In this document: positions 25,676-38,230 of the stretch, piece after piece
Position numbering within the stretch: the first letter of the stretch is position 1
Layout: each line of letters opens with the position of its first letter
Program-made: the position numbers and the translations under genes
NCBI RefSeq assembly: GCF_006345805.1
Contig: NC_042997.1
Coordinates: 107,136,001-107,200,000 of the forward strand
From: Octopus sinensis
Lineage: Eukaryota
Direction of reading: 5' to 3'
DNA length: 64,000 nucleotides
Notes under the pieces: model-generated
What the model was told of the DNA's origin: nothing
What the model saw: the letters and a program-made list of their open reading frames with translations, nothing else
The model's database searches: none

Positions 25676-25719
<44 letters not shown>

Positions 25720-25777
25720 TCACTGCCTGGAATTGAACTCGTAATCTTGGGGTTAGTAGTTCAATTCCAGGCAGTGA

Positions 25778-25820
<43 letters not shown>

Positions 25821-25955
25821 AAATACCTTAGGAATGAGAACCCAGGTTTGAAATTTTCCCAAGACACCTGATGAAGGCTGGAAGGTATATCAGCCAAAAC
25901 ACTGTTAACAACAAACAAAATGAGGACAAATATCTGTCAAATTTAAATAATGTAC
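25534..25955. repeat. Palindrome with ~205-bp arms, 18-nt loop (25740-25757) and (ATT)n/(AAT)n tracts
   Basis: Perfect inner 26-bp stem TTCAGGTCACTGCCTGGAATTGAACT; outer arms visibly diverged. Confidence 0.92.
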
Positions 25956-25984
25956 GATTATATATGTTAATGTTTTATACTCAG

Positions 25985-26078
25985 GAATATTGTAAAGTTG
26001 TCAAATATGAATATAAACAATGACTCCAAATACAAAACAGATGAGATCATGAAAGAAGAACATGAGGCATATGTATAG
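25985..26078 (+). other. Conserved 94-nt downstream block of gene B, putative terminal exon
   Basis: TTTTATACTCAG|G then open frame NIVKLSNMNINNDSKYKTDEIMKEEHEAYV*. Confidence 0.45.
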
Positions 26079-26788
26079 TTTAGTGCCCCACACCAAACTG
26101 ATTCCTTGTTAGTTTCTGAATAATGGTTTCTTTAAATGAAACTTTACAGAGATAAGTTTTTAAGTGCCAAAATTATAATGATTTTCATAAAGTTGAGAAA
26201 CAACGTTTTGGAGGAGATTTCTCACTATCCTTTGTTAATTTTGTTCCACTCTGATAAATTTATCCACTTCTTCAACATGTGAGGATAAATCCAGTTCAGC
26301 CTAGATAACCTATGAAATCTCTTTTGTTACTGTGACCTAGCTTAGCTATGAAATTTTTATAAAAACGGAACAGTAAATAGAATGCTCTCTTTCTTTTACT
26401 TGACACCTGTAACAGAGGCAACATGCCTTGTGTCAGTAATGTCACAGACATAAAGATGTGCTTTCGTTGCTGGTTGTTACAGATGTAACATTTCTCTCTT
26501 ATCCTCTCTACTCAGAGATATTTACATGATGGACAAAAACTGTATGCCGTCATTATGTATTAACAACTCTAAATAGTTGTTTAGCTGATAATTCTAAACA
26601 AAAGCCAGATCACCTGTGATCTATTTCTAGTGTCCTTTATTCTATGTTTGATGAAGTTAACAACATGTGGCGTTATACATGCAGGGTCTTTGGGTTAAAT
26701 TTGACAGTTTGCATTAAAATTACATAAACCACAGTATCCTATCCAAAGACCAAAAATATCAACTAGATTATGACTGGGAGATAGCAGT

Positions 26789-27080
26789 TTACTCAAAGTA
26801 GCCACCCTCAGCTTCTACTATGGTCTGAAGACAGCTCCAGGGCCTGGCATATGTGTCCCTCACTTTGTCCCTGGAAAGATCTTGAAACACTTCTTTGATC
26901 TTGGTTACCAGCTCAGCATTGATGTTGAAAGAGAGCAGTTGGTGTCTTTCTCAACTGTGCCTAACAAATAATAATCCTGGGGATTAAAATTAGAAGGTCA
27001 GGAATTAGGGCTGGAGAAGTGGTCGAAATTTTCTGACAACCACTTCTGACTCTTTGCAGAAGTATGACAAGCAGTCAAGA
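26789..27080 (-). pseudogene. Tc1/mariner (DD37D/maT-like) transposase C-terminal remnant
   Basis: HTSAKSQKWLSENF...NFNPQDYY and KIKEVFQDLSRDKV...TIVEAEGGYFE*. Confidence 0.75.
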
Positions 27081-28425
27081 GACAGACCCAGAGATGAACC
27101 TTCTGTATTTCTTCCTGCTGTTCATGACTTTGTAGTCTCTGTTGCTGCTATCCATATTAGGCCTTATGTCTTTTTATGCCCAATGTGTATCATCATGATA
27201 CAGGTAACTCTCTTACATTATTCAGCTGGCTTCAAGTCCTGTTAGCTAATTTGTTTTTCGACTACAACGTTAATCTTTATGCTCTACCACATAATTAAGT
27301 GTTCACCAATACATAAAGATTTTTCCTGAAAAATGAAGACGTAAAATATTGTGAAATTTAGTCAGAACATCATGTGTGCCAATTTTTATAATTTAAAAAA
27401 TTCTAACCTGAATCTGTGATTGTCCATAAATAATAGTAAAAAACAAACTTTGAAGTGGTGTCTTCGGTTTCCAGCCATCCATATTACCTTGTTAGGTCTG
27501 CCTTTTCACAAGAGACTGGGAGGTTTATTACTTGCCTTGGAATCGATAGCAGTTGGAAGCAGAAAGGGAACCTGGCCACAGAAACCTCTGCACCAAATTC
27601 TTGTCTGACCCTTACAGCATTGTTAAGTAGAAGTTCAAAAACAATAGGACATAAGCATGTGTGGAAGGGGGTGTGCGCGCTCGTATGTATGTGTTTCGAA
27701 TATCTAAGGAATACACTTATTTCTCCTCGTCCTCATCATTATTAAACATCTGTTTTCCCTGCTGGTATGGGTTGGATTGTTTGATAGGCACCGTCAAGCC
27801 AGACGACTGTGCCAAACTCTACTCTCTGTTATGGTTTCTATGAATGGATGTCCTCATTTCCAATAATACTCTTCATCCAACCTACATGAATATTCTGAAA
27901 GTTTTGATCAAATTCGAGAGAAGTCAAATTCACACAGTTGCAGATCAGAATGCTTGCAAAATAAATTCAAAATTCCCAAGAAATTATTGATATTAAAAAT
28001 ATCACAGATGTAAGTTATCTCAAGAATGTAGATATAGTTGGAGCGCGGTAAAATATGTTTGGACAGCTTTTCTTCAAAATTGTATTTCTTTTCATGTATG
28101 ACTAAATCTAGATTGATTGGTGTAATATGGTTTAAACCATATTACTTCATGCTGGTAAAAAAGTTAATTTCAAGGAAGGTCAACCAACTGTAAACAAAAA
28201 CGGAGACACAAGGAATGAATTAATTGGAGCTAAAACCTACAAAACTAACCCCACACCAGACGGGCGATAAACATCTGTTTTTTGTTGTTATGAATTGTCA
28301 CATTTACACAGTTCAATTCCCATGAGAATTCAAACATGTGTAATTAAGATATTTACGTTGTGTGAATGATCTAACGCGGTTCATTTAAAATATTTGAGCC
28401 AAGAATACCAGAATTAAGAAAGAAC

Positions 28426-29213
28426 GGGGCTAAGGCAGTTTCGCACCTCTCCTTGAAAAATGCATTGCTAAAAAAAGTTTTTTTCCGGATTCCTACGTTT
28501 TAGATATCGGAGATTGCAAAATATCCATTAAAAAAATGTTCATTTCACCCCTCCATCTACAATTTAAATTTTTTATTTTGTTTACTTTAAAGAGTTTGTA
28601 GTAAATTGACGAACATATGCAAATCGAAATTAAATACAGACAAAAGCATTAAAGTGAAAAGAATTTGCGTTTTACTTGTGTTTGCCTTAAATAATCATAA
28701 AATCAAATATACACCATTTTATGAGAGACAAACATTGTTTAATAATTAATGTTATAAATTTTAATAAGGGGCTCAAATATCATTCCCTCCCCAATTTAAA
28801 ATTTTGAACATTTTCGTCCATTTATTTATTTATCTGTCTATCTATTTATCGCTTTCCGTTCATTCATAAAATATATTTGTCAAACTAAATGTGGCGGTCC
28901 TATAAAACACCGTGTTACTGTTGTTTTTAGCCCCAGGAAGAGATTCATTTCTATCTATCTATCTCTTTATACACCTATCTATATGCTTATTGAATTTAAA
29001 ATTTAGAAAACATGGTTTCTAGCATATTCGGAATCTCCATCATCTAAAACATACGGGAAAAAATTCGAAAAAGTTCCAAATTTTAAGGGGGTAGGAGTGA
29101 GGGTTTTTTTTTTTGCATATTCGTAATCTCCAACATCTAAAATGTAGGGATCCTAAAACTTTTTCTCGAAAAAATGCGTTTTTCAAGGAGCGGTGCGAAA
29201 CTGCATTAGCCTC
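28426..29213. mobile_element. MITE with ~100-bp TIRs and 8-bp TSD GAAAGAAC (Merlin- or Mutator-type)
   Basis: TIR GGGGCTAAGGCAGTTTCGCACC vs GAGGCTAATGCAGTTTCGCACC; TSD at 28418-28425 and 29214-29221; empty paralogous site at 17584-17591. Confidence 0.88.
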
Positions 29214-29336
29214 GAAAGAACTAGAAGGGCATAGTGAGCAGCGACGTATAACAGTGTCAGATAGGATGGTCAGTAAACGCTTAAAGACACACACGTCAAT
29301 TTATAAGCTGCAACACAAAGGGATTTAAACAGAGTT

Positions 29337-29530
29337 ACTTACCTTACATATGTCCGATAGAAGATACGCATGCGCATTGAAAGTACTTCCACATGATCTT
29401 AATTGTCTTTTGCAAGATTTTCTCTTGATCAGCTGATAATAATAGATTTATAATATTTATAACGCATTTCTCAACAACCACACACACACATATATAACAA
29501 CACTATCTGTTATGAAACATTTCCGTAAGT
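29337..29530. promoter_or_regulatory. Bidirectional promoter cassette copy P3 (best preserved)
   Basis: Minus donor AAG|GTAAGT at 29342; TACGCATGCGCA at 29365-29376; plus donor CC|GTAAGT at 29525. Confidence 0.68.
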
Positions 29531-30399
29531 ATTAAACAATGAAAATATTCAATGTTTTAATTTCTGGTTTTTGGCGTCTCAATTCTTTGTGTCTTTTTTA
29601 TGTTTTATGAATGAGGGATGTCCTTGATTTGTGCGAGATTTAGCTGTTATTTCTTGCTACGAAAAAGTTATTCATTGATTTGTGCGATATTTGGTCGATA
29701 TTTCTTGGTATGGAAGCGAGATGTCTTACTTATTCGAGATTTGGCTGCTATTTCTAACTACGAAAGATGTATTCTATGATTTGTTCGATATTTGGTCGAT
29801 ATTTTTCAGTATGGATGAGAAACGTCTTATTTATTCAAGATTTGGCTGCTATTTCTAGGTATGGAGCTACTTTCTGCCCTCTCCATCGTTGCCTGGTTAG
29901 TTTGTTTAGCGTTTTAGTTTGAGAAATATTCTCAAATACACTCCAAACACTGAAATATTTGGAAAGCAATACTTTATTTTAATTTATCGATTGTTTCTCT
30001 GTATTACTATCGATGTGTGCCCAACCAAATGGGGTACTATTTAAGAAGAGTGGTCCCTGTGCGCGCATCCGCGCTAGCTGGTCGTGACTAGCCGATCCTA
30101 CAACGACTACCTAGCGCGAGTGCGCGTATGCAAATTAATAGATGGTTTTTTTTTAAACAAAATAAATAATTTTTTACACAAAGTGGATCTTTTCCTTTTG
30201 AACGGCAGTTTTCAACACAATTTCTAGTTAACTAAACACTTTTAAACTTCGTATACTGGTAGAATGTGTCAAAATAAACATTTTTTTTCTCTTGGCTTTC
30301 CTGAGAAATTGTAATTTGTAAGTTTAACGTAGTTTAATTTTTCGAATTTTAACCAATCCTATCGCCTCTATTGAGCTAAAACAGACAACATCCTGTCAC

Positions 30400-30800
30400 T
30401 AACCCTCACCCTAACCTTAACCCTAAATTTTAGCCTTTCGGTTTTTTTTTCTTAATTGTTAAATTAATTTAAGGATAACAATTAAGAAAAAAAAACCAAA
30501 GGCTAAAACGAAAGCAATGGAAAATAATTTTAATTTAACAATTAAGAAAAAAAAAACGAAAGGCTAAAACGAAAGCAAAAGCTCAAAACAAAAACAAATC
30601 GAATAATTTTAGACACACGCCTAACAATTAAATTAATTTAACAATTAAGAAAAGACAAGAAGTCGAACATTTTTTTGCCCATGAAACTACATAGACCCTA
30701 AGTAAGGCATGTGTAAAATTTGAATGAAATTGGTTGTGTAGTTCTCAAGTTTTAGGGAAACACAGACAGACACACATTCTCAGTTATATATATAGAGAGA
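30400..30800 (-). mobile_element. Helitron-like 5' end fragment nested in the Merlin element
   Basis: Minus strand starts A|TCTCTCTATATATATAAC...TGTCTGTCTG; no CTAG 3' end found. Confidence 0.4.
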
Positions 30801-31010
30801 TGTGTGTATGTTTGTTTGTGTTTGTCCCCCCAACATCGCTTGGCAACTGATGCTGGTGTGTATATGTCCCCGTAACCTAGCGGTTCGGTAAAAGAGACTG
30901 ATAAAATAGGTATTAGGCTTAGAAAGAATAAGTCCTGGGGTCGATTTGCTTGACTAATGGCAATGCCCCAGCATGGCTACAGTCAAATGACTGAAACAAG
31001 TAAAAGAGTA
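30801..31010 (+). mobile_element. SINE 3' part nested in the Merlin element
   Basis: GCGGTTCGGTAAAAGAGAC...CCCCAGCATGGCTACAGTCAAATGACTGAAACAAGTAAAAG. Confidence 0.8.
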
Positions 31011-31070
31011 AACTAAATTTTTTTTCTAAACAACATAAATAAATTTGGAGTGCATAGAATGGGATTACTG

Positions 31071-31202
31071 AAATACACCCATTTCAAGGTGAACCCTTCT
31101 GAAAATTTTATCGATCCTATAACAAATGTTCATACAAATTCAGTTGAAAGTTATTAGAAGAACGTAAAATGACGTTTTAAGAGTATGATGGGGGTACCAA
31201 AA
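31071..31202 (+). pseudogene. Merlin/ISXO2-type DDE transposase remnant
   Basis: KYTHFKVNPSENFIDPITNVHTNSVESY*KNVK*RFK matches the HxxVNHSxxFVDPxTGxHTNxIExxW signature. Confidence 0.85.
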
Positions 31203-32129
31203 ACAGGTAGTGTGTTATTTTTATTTAATTTGTTTAGAAAAAGAAAATTATTTACTTTGTGTTTTATTTACTTTGTTTAAAAAAATTATTTTGTTAAAAA
31301 AAACCCATCTATTTGCATACGCGCTCTCGCGCTAAGTAGTCATAGGATTGACTAGTCACGACTAGCTAGCGCAAGTGCGTGCACCGGGACCACCCTTCTT
31401 AAATAGTACCCCAAATGGTAATTTGTTGCCTCATAACTTACTGGAAAATGGGTAATTTGAAATATAATTTTCTGAAAGTACGTTTCAATTAGTGTAGATA
31501 AGGATTATGTATGAGTTTGTGAAAAGAAAAGTTCAATTGAATGAGTGTTATGGATAATTTATACACCTCGACTTTATTCTTTCATACTTGTAGATTTAAA
31601 ATTATGCTAAAAAGTAAGTGTAGTGTCTGTATAGCTCGTCCACATAAATTGGATATTATCTGTTTTGCGGGGAATTTTTTTCAAATTATCTTCACCACGC
31701 ATTTGAAAAGGATGTGAGTGTGAGGCCTTCTATGAAAAAGTTATGAAAATCTGATTTCCACCTGCTTTTAAGACACCAAACACGATTACAATTCTTGGGT
31801 AGAATGTAGTATAGTATCGTGAAAGGATGGAAGTAAATGGAGGATTTTGTTCGTTTAGTAAAAAATAAATTTTCATTTGGCAACATTTTTAGAGAAAGAG
31901 ATGAAAGAGAAAACATGAAAAGAATAAAAGATGAAATTATTGAGAGAGAAAAAAGGGAACTACCTCTCCAACAAAACAAAGGGAAAGGAAGAAGTGGGGC
32001 GGGATTAACGAGTAAAAGATGGGTGGAGAGGGGTTTAATCTTTTTTATTTTTAATGTTTTTTCTTTCTTTTATTCTTGTAAAAATCTGTTGCTAAATAAA
32101 AGTATTCTGTGAAAGAAAAATAGTCATCT

Positions 32130-33044
32130 AAAAAGTGTATTTTATGATAGAAACCAGAAGTGATGACTGTAATATATGAATATTTGATGAAACATGATTG
32201 ATATTCGTTTGGGGTGGTCCTGTGTGGATCTCGGCAATCTGTATACTCATTAAATTGTCATCAATTCACTCAGTTTTGTTGATCCAAATGTTGACCGCAT
32301 CCATACACAAACTATAGAGGGGCAATGGATCTTCATTAAGAAGAAAAGTGACAATGCGGAATTACTATTTTACTTGTTTCAGTCACTTGAGTTTTATTTA
32401 GCCTAGTACTTATTCTTGTGGTTCCTTTTGCCGAACCACTATGTTACAGAGAGCTAAATAAAGTAACACAGATCGTCAAGTGATCATTCAGAGATAAACA
32501 GACACAGGAACACACACATATATATATATATGTATGACCGGCTTCTTTCAGTTTCCGCCTACCAAATCCACTCACAAGTCTTTGGTTGGTCTGAGGCTGT
32601 ATTAGAAGAGATTTGCCCAAGGTGACATGCAGTGGGACTGAACTTGGAACTTGGTGGTTGGTATGCAAGTTTTTTATCACACAGACAGACATTGTGCCCA
32701 GTGATCATTTATTCACTCCACATGTTCTTGAACATCCGTAATGAAACAATTTTAGAGATCGAGAATAAATCTTTATGAATCTAATTTCATGCATCAATAA
32801 CTCTTTATGTTTTCCTGCAAATATCATTGTTTCCATCTTATATAAAATACATGTACAGTTTTCATATCAAATATATTTACATTTATATATTGGATACATT
32901 AGTTATAATTACATACATTGTTTGCATGAAATTCTGGGATGTCACCGTTATCAGCTCCAGGTTTCTATCAAAGTGTGCTTTCATTTTTTTTTTTAGGGGC
33001 AATTTACTTTCACTATTTTATGTATGGAAACTGCATGTTAACCC
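32130..33044. mobile_element. MITE-like element, paralogue of 8936-9890
   Basis: Inverted near-identical match; GATAGAAACCAGAAGTG and CCAGGTTTCTATC at opposite ends. Confidence 0.6.
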
Positions 33045-35225
33045 AGTTCTTTTCCCCAGTTTCATTTGCAAATAAAACAACTTTTATTTCAGACTTTATC
33101 TGACACAAACGAAAGAATAATTGAATCTAAAAACAAGAGTGGAACTATATTTACTCTGTAATTCTGATTACAGGGTAAAAAGAAGATCATAAATACAGAG
33201 TAAACATGGTTCCATTGTTAATTTTTAGATTCATTAATTTCTTTTGTTTGTGTTGAATGGAAAAGGTTTAAACAAACAAATATTACATGTTTCATTTTGT
33301 GTTGTAAAGTAAAAGAGGGGACAAGAATTGTAATGGTGATCACTGTTGTAAGGACAAGGAGTTAGCAGCTTTCCTTCATTGGGGAATTTTACTAATTTCA
33401 TGGACTTCTTTGTTTGTTTGTTTAAAGAGAGTCTTTCTGCATTGTTTGAAAAGCATAGTGCAGAAAAAGAATTTGACTCATGCGAACATAAAAATTTCAA
33501 TGTTAAAACTATGGTGATGATGATGGGCAAAAGAAGTACCCAGCAAGAAAAACCCATTTTCCATTCTTTTGTGGCACAAGCAGAGGTTTTTTTCTGCCAG
33601 ATGGCCTTCTTGTTATCAACCATCACTAGTTTCCAAGTAAGGTAATATTTCCCCATCTCTGCACATATCTTCATGTTGATGTGCATTGACATGTATTAAG
33701 TGATACGAAGACACACACATACACAGAGGACAACCTTTCACTTTCTGTCTATCAAACCCACTCAGATGGTTTTAGATGCACTGGTGTTATTAAAGAAGAC
33801 ACTTGCTCAAGGTACTGCTCTGTGGGATTGAACTTGAAATCACATGGATGGAAATCAGTTGTTAAACATTTTGTTTGTTTTTCTAATTCAGTTGGCTTTT
33901 TGTTATTTGTCAATGTTTATTCTTGTTTTATTTGTCATAAAAAATTTTAGGTCCTGCGATTATCCATATGATTGTATGACCTGCTGGAAATAATAGTACA
34001 TCTCCCTTAAATTTCCCCTTCCAGTCAGGAATATTGAAGACTATTGGATGATGTAGTGATAGATATACAACGTTATAGAAATAGCCAGGATGTTCATGGA
34101 TGGAATGTCTATAATCATATACCTGCTCAGTCAGAACTGACCTGGATGTAAACAACAATGTCAAGTTATATTTATGGTGAAAGACTAATGTTAGTGTCCA
34201 ATATTCTATGTGAAGGTGTCAGTGTAGTTTACAAATATGGAAGCTTCAGACAAAATTCTTTGGAGTCAATTTTTATAAATTAAAATGTTAAGTTCATTGT
34301 CATCTGTTGTCCATGCTAGCATAGTTTGATGGCTTGACCCGAGCTGGCAAGCTGTGGAGCTGCAGCATACTCCAGTCTCGTTTGTAATGGTTTCTACGGC
34401 TGGATACCTTTCCTAGTGCCAACCACGTCACAGTGCACAAGGTGCCTTTATGTGGCACTGCAGGATAATTTTCATGTGCCACCACACTGTTGCCTTAACA
34501 TGGTGGCACTGCACATCCGCTTTTATGAAGAATGGCCAGATGTGCTTTTCACTACTAGAGGGATGAGTCTGAATGCTTATGCTGTCGAGTATGGGTCTTC
34601 TTGAGAACAGTGTGGTGCTAGACATCTTGGTCTTTATCATATCACCTGAATGGTTTAACATCCTGAGTTCGCTCATCAGCACTTCATCCCATGTCTTATT
34701 GGGTCTCCACTTCCACTTCTTCCAACTACTTTGAGAGGTCGGCACTTCTTTATGGAACCATTGGCACCTAGCTCAGTTTTTAATGTAAATGTTTGTTTCT
34801 ACAGTTTATCTCAATAGAAATGACTCTGTATTTTTAAAGTAGTCTCTACATTTTACACTTTTGTTTCTCTATAATTTCAGAACATCGGATGACAGAAGAA
34901 GCATCCTCAATATCTACTATGTTTTAAAGACTAAAGGAAAATATTATACAAATCAGATGTATAACATTGTTTCTACAAATCTGTCGTAGAATTCCTGTGA
35001 AACATTTGCTCTGAATTAATATTATTAGCCAAATTTGTGAACATTTCTGTCTGGAGTGTGAAGAAGAGAAGCTTGTGTGCTGATCAAAGCTTAATAAATT
35101 TATGGAATTGTTGTGAAACAAAGGTATCAATGGACAGAAATACAACAGCAGAAATATATGTAAGGAGTAAAATATAAAAACAAAAGCAAGAAGAATATAT
35201 TAAGTGGGATTTGAGAGGAAAAGTG

Positions 35226-36209
35226 ATGGAAAAGAGTGAGAAAATTATTTCCCTTGAAGACATGAGATCTTATGACTGTGATATCTGTAGAAAGTCCTTC
35301 TCTCGGAAAAGTAACCTGATTACACACAAACGTACTCATACAGGAGAGAAACCATATCAATGTGATATCTGTGGTAAATCATTCTCTCGAAGTAATCAGG
35401 TTGCTGTGCACAAACGTACTCATACGGGAGAGAAACCATATCAATGTGATATCTGTGGTAAATCATTCCCTAAGAGTAGTAACTTATCTAGACACAAATA
35501 TATTCATACTGGGGAGAAACCATATCATTGTGATATTTGTGGTAAATCATTCTCTTTAAGAAATCATGTTGCTGTGCACAAACGTACTCATACAGGAGAG
35601 AGATCATATCATTGCGATGTCTGTGGTGAATCATTCGCTCAACATATTCACTTAACTACACACAAACTTATTCATACTGGCGAGAAACCATATCATTGTG
35701 ATGTCTGTGGTAGACCATTCTCTCTAAGTAATACCTTAAAGAAACACATACGTATTCATACAGGTGAGAAGCCGTATCACTGTGGGATCTGTGGTAAATC
35801 ATTTTCTCAGAGTTTTAGTTTATCTGCACACAAGCGTATTCATACTGGAGAGAAGCCATATCATTGTGATATCTGTGGTAAATCATTCTCTCAAAATACT
35901 GCCTTAGCAACACACAAACGTATTCATACAGGAGAGAAGCCATATAACTGTGATATTTGTGGTGAATCATTCTCTCAAAATATTGCCTTAGCAAAACACA
36001 AACGTATTCATACAGGAGAGAAGCCATATAATTGTAATATTTGTGGTAAATCATTCTCACAAAGCAATAGCTTAAAGAAACACAGCTGTGTTCATACAGG
36101 AGAGAAGCCATATTGTGACATTTGTGGTAAATCATTCTCTCAAAATAGTAACTTAACCAAGCACCAACATATTCATACTAGGGAGAAAGGAAAAGAGCAG
36201 TTTCTATAG
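35226..36209 (+). CDS. C2H2 zinc-finger gene C: intact, 11 tandem fingers, short N-terminus, no recognisable effector domain
   Basis: ATG at 35226 ([18 protein letters not shown]...); 11 CxxC-x12-HxxxH units with TGEKPY linkers. Strong acceptor TTTGTTTCTCTATAATTTCAG| at 34880; candidate exon 1 ends at 29524. Confidence 0.93.
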   Translation: MEKSEKIISLEDMRSYDCDICRKSFSRKSNLITHKRTHTGEKPYQCDICGKSFSRSNQVAVHKRTHTGEKPYQCDICGKSFPKSSNLSRHKYIHTGEKPYHCDICGKSFSLRNHVAVHKRTHTGERSYHCDVCGESFAQHIHLTTHKLIHTGEKPYHCDVCGRPFSLSNTLKKHIRIHTGEKPYHCGICGKSFSQSFSLSAHKRIHTGEKPYHCDICGKSFSQNTALATHKRIHTGEKPYNCDICGESFSQNIALAKHKRIHTGEKPYNCNICGKSFSQSNSLKKHSCVHTGEKPYCDICGKSFSQNSNLTKHQHIHTREKGKEQFL

Positions 36210-36523
36210 TCTATTGTTTGCTGTATTTGTTTAATATTCCTGTGTTTTATGCAATGGAAATTATGACTTAAATATTTCCAAACATTTAAATTTTTTGTTT
36301 TGTTTTTGCAATATTTATCTCCTTGACTATTCATGCAGTTTCCTTTCTATTGATGTCAGAACCTCTATACCAAATCTCCTCCTCATAACAACCCTATGCA
36401 TTATTCTTTCTTGAGTGTCGCATCCTGTAATTACTGTATAATTAGTGCTTATTGTATTTTAAATGTTTCACTCATTAAATATTTTATACAATAACAAAAG
36501 TTATTAGTTTCTTTTATATTCAG

Positions 36524-36617
36524 GAATATTGTAAAATTGTCAACTATTGACATAAACAATGATCTGAAATATGAAACAGAAGAAATCGTAAAGGAAGAAC
36601 ATGAGACATATGTATAG
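36524..36617 (+). other. Conserved 94-nt downstream block of gene C, putative terminal exon
   Basis: TTTCTTTTATATTCAG|G then NIVKLSTIDINNDLKYETEEIVKEEHETYV*. Confidence 0.45.
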
Positions 36618-36817
36618 TTTAGTGCCCCAACCTGACTGATTCCTTGTTAGTTTCTGGATAATGGTTTCTTTAAATCAAACTTTGCAGAGATTGGTTTTGA
36701 AGTGTGCTTATTATGATGATTTTCATAAAATTGAGAAAGAACGTTTTGGAGGAGATTTCTGACTATTCATTGTCAACTGTGTTCCACTTTGATAAACTTA
36801 TCCAATTCTTCAACATT

Positions 36818-36940
36818 CTCTGACAACCACTTCTGAGACGCGTTTCAGAAGTATGACCAGCACTCAGATGTTGCTGCTACACGTATAGCCTTCTGGCAGT
36901 ATCCTTCTTCAGTAAGGTTTCTCCACAGTCTCTAGCAGGT
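36818..36940 (-). pseudogene. Mariner remnant paralogous to part of 26789-27080
   Basis: CTGACAACCACTTCTGA...AGAAGTATGAC is shared; minus frame RLYV*QQ...GHTS. Confidence 0.55.
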
Positions 36941-37589
36941 TCATGTAGCCACCTAAATTTGAGTGCACTTGGCGGTTATTTCTAGCTTGATGTGAAATCA
37001 TCCATAGGGCAATTCTTTTTATAAATGCTTCTACAATTATCCTTCAATATGTGAACTATTTAATTTCATCAATTATGAACTAAAAAGCAATTTAGTTAAT
37101 TAATTAATTTCTAATCAACATAAGATAGAGACAAATTTTCAGGCGAGTCGGAAAATATATTTCATTTGTAAGAAAATAGCAACTCTTAGAAATAAAGTGT
37201 CTCCGCTGTTCTGTTTCCTGGTGAGAATGTAGCCAACCTGGCTTGTGTGTCATGCCAACCTACATCTTTGAACATAGCGTGAGGCTCCATACAAACGGCT
37301 AGTAGGGAGTTGTCACTTGTTAAATGCGTGTGAATTGTCGACTTCAGTTAGGGATAAATCAGGAAGTTCTTCAAAGTAAGCAGAGTAATTTACTCATTAA
37401 TTCTTTCATAATGAAGCCAATTACTTCATATTATCACTAATTATTCATTTCGATTCTGCTATTCCGGACAGAGTTTGATCCTAGGAAGTAATTCCCATGT
37501 GCCATATGAGTCATTATATCGATATCAATTTGGATATACTTACATCTGTTTCTAAAGAAATATATCGATTTATAGGAGCAGGCGTAACT

Positions 37590-37930
37590 GTACGGTAAGG
37601 AGCTTGCTTTCCAACCACATGGTTCCGAGATCAGTCCCACTGTGTGGCATGTTTGGCAAGTGTCTACTACTATAGCCTCAAGCCAAAGTCTTGTAACTGG
37701 ATTTGGTAGATGGAAACGGGGAGAAGACCATCGTATACATCTATATATCTACGTGTGTCTATCTTTCTGTCTGTGGTTGTTACCCTCACTGCTTGACAAC
37801 CAGTGTTGGCGTGTTTACGCCCTTGTAACTTAGTGGTTCAGTAAACGGAACCAACAGAATAAGTTCCATTTCTTCGACTAAAACCATTTAAGGTGCTACT
37901 CCAGCATGGCCGAAGTCAATTGAACGAAAC
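37590..37930 (+). mobile_element. tRNA-derived SINE
   Basis: Same head, core and tail as 9286-9663. Confidence 0.8.
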
Positions 37931-37974
37931 TACACGAGCACACGCACACACACACATATTTAAATATATGTGTG

Positions 37975-38230
37975 TGTGAAGGCGGGTGGCTGAGTGGTTA
38001 GGGCATTCGACTCACGATCGTAATGTTGTCAGTTCGATTCCAGGCAAAGCGTTGTGTCCTTTCATTCACGTTTGAATTAAATGTTTCGCGGTATTTTGTC
38101 TGTCTTTACATTCTGAGTTCAAATTCCACCGAGGTCGATAAATTAATTACCAGTTGCGTACTGGGATCGATCTAATCGACTGGCCCTCTTCCCTGAAAAT
38201 TTCCGGCTTTGTGCCTAGAGTAGAAAAGAA
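37975..38230 (+). mobile_element. tRNA-derived SINE, second family
   Basis: A box TGGCTGAGTGG, B box AGTTCGATTCC, CTGAGTTCAAATTCCACCGAGGTCGA core. Confidence 0.78.

Larger units (their letters stand above)
30033..31410 (+). mobile_element. Non-autonomous Merlin (IS1016/IS1595-related) DNA transposon with nested insertions
   Basis: ~140-bp TIRs starting GGTACTATTTAAGAAG; 8-bp TSD CCAAATGG at 30025-30032 and 31411-31418; internal transposase remnant. Confidence 0.9.

Noticed and set aside
30398-30427. CCCTAA-like repeats as an interstitial telomere (also ~53978-53992)
   Set aside because: Only 2-5 imperfect units inside repeat fragments.
35270-36180. Regular 84-bp repeats with variable cores resembling a CRISPR array
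   Set aside because: They encode C2H2 fingers in one open frame; eukaryotic context; no cas genes.
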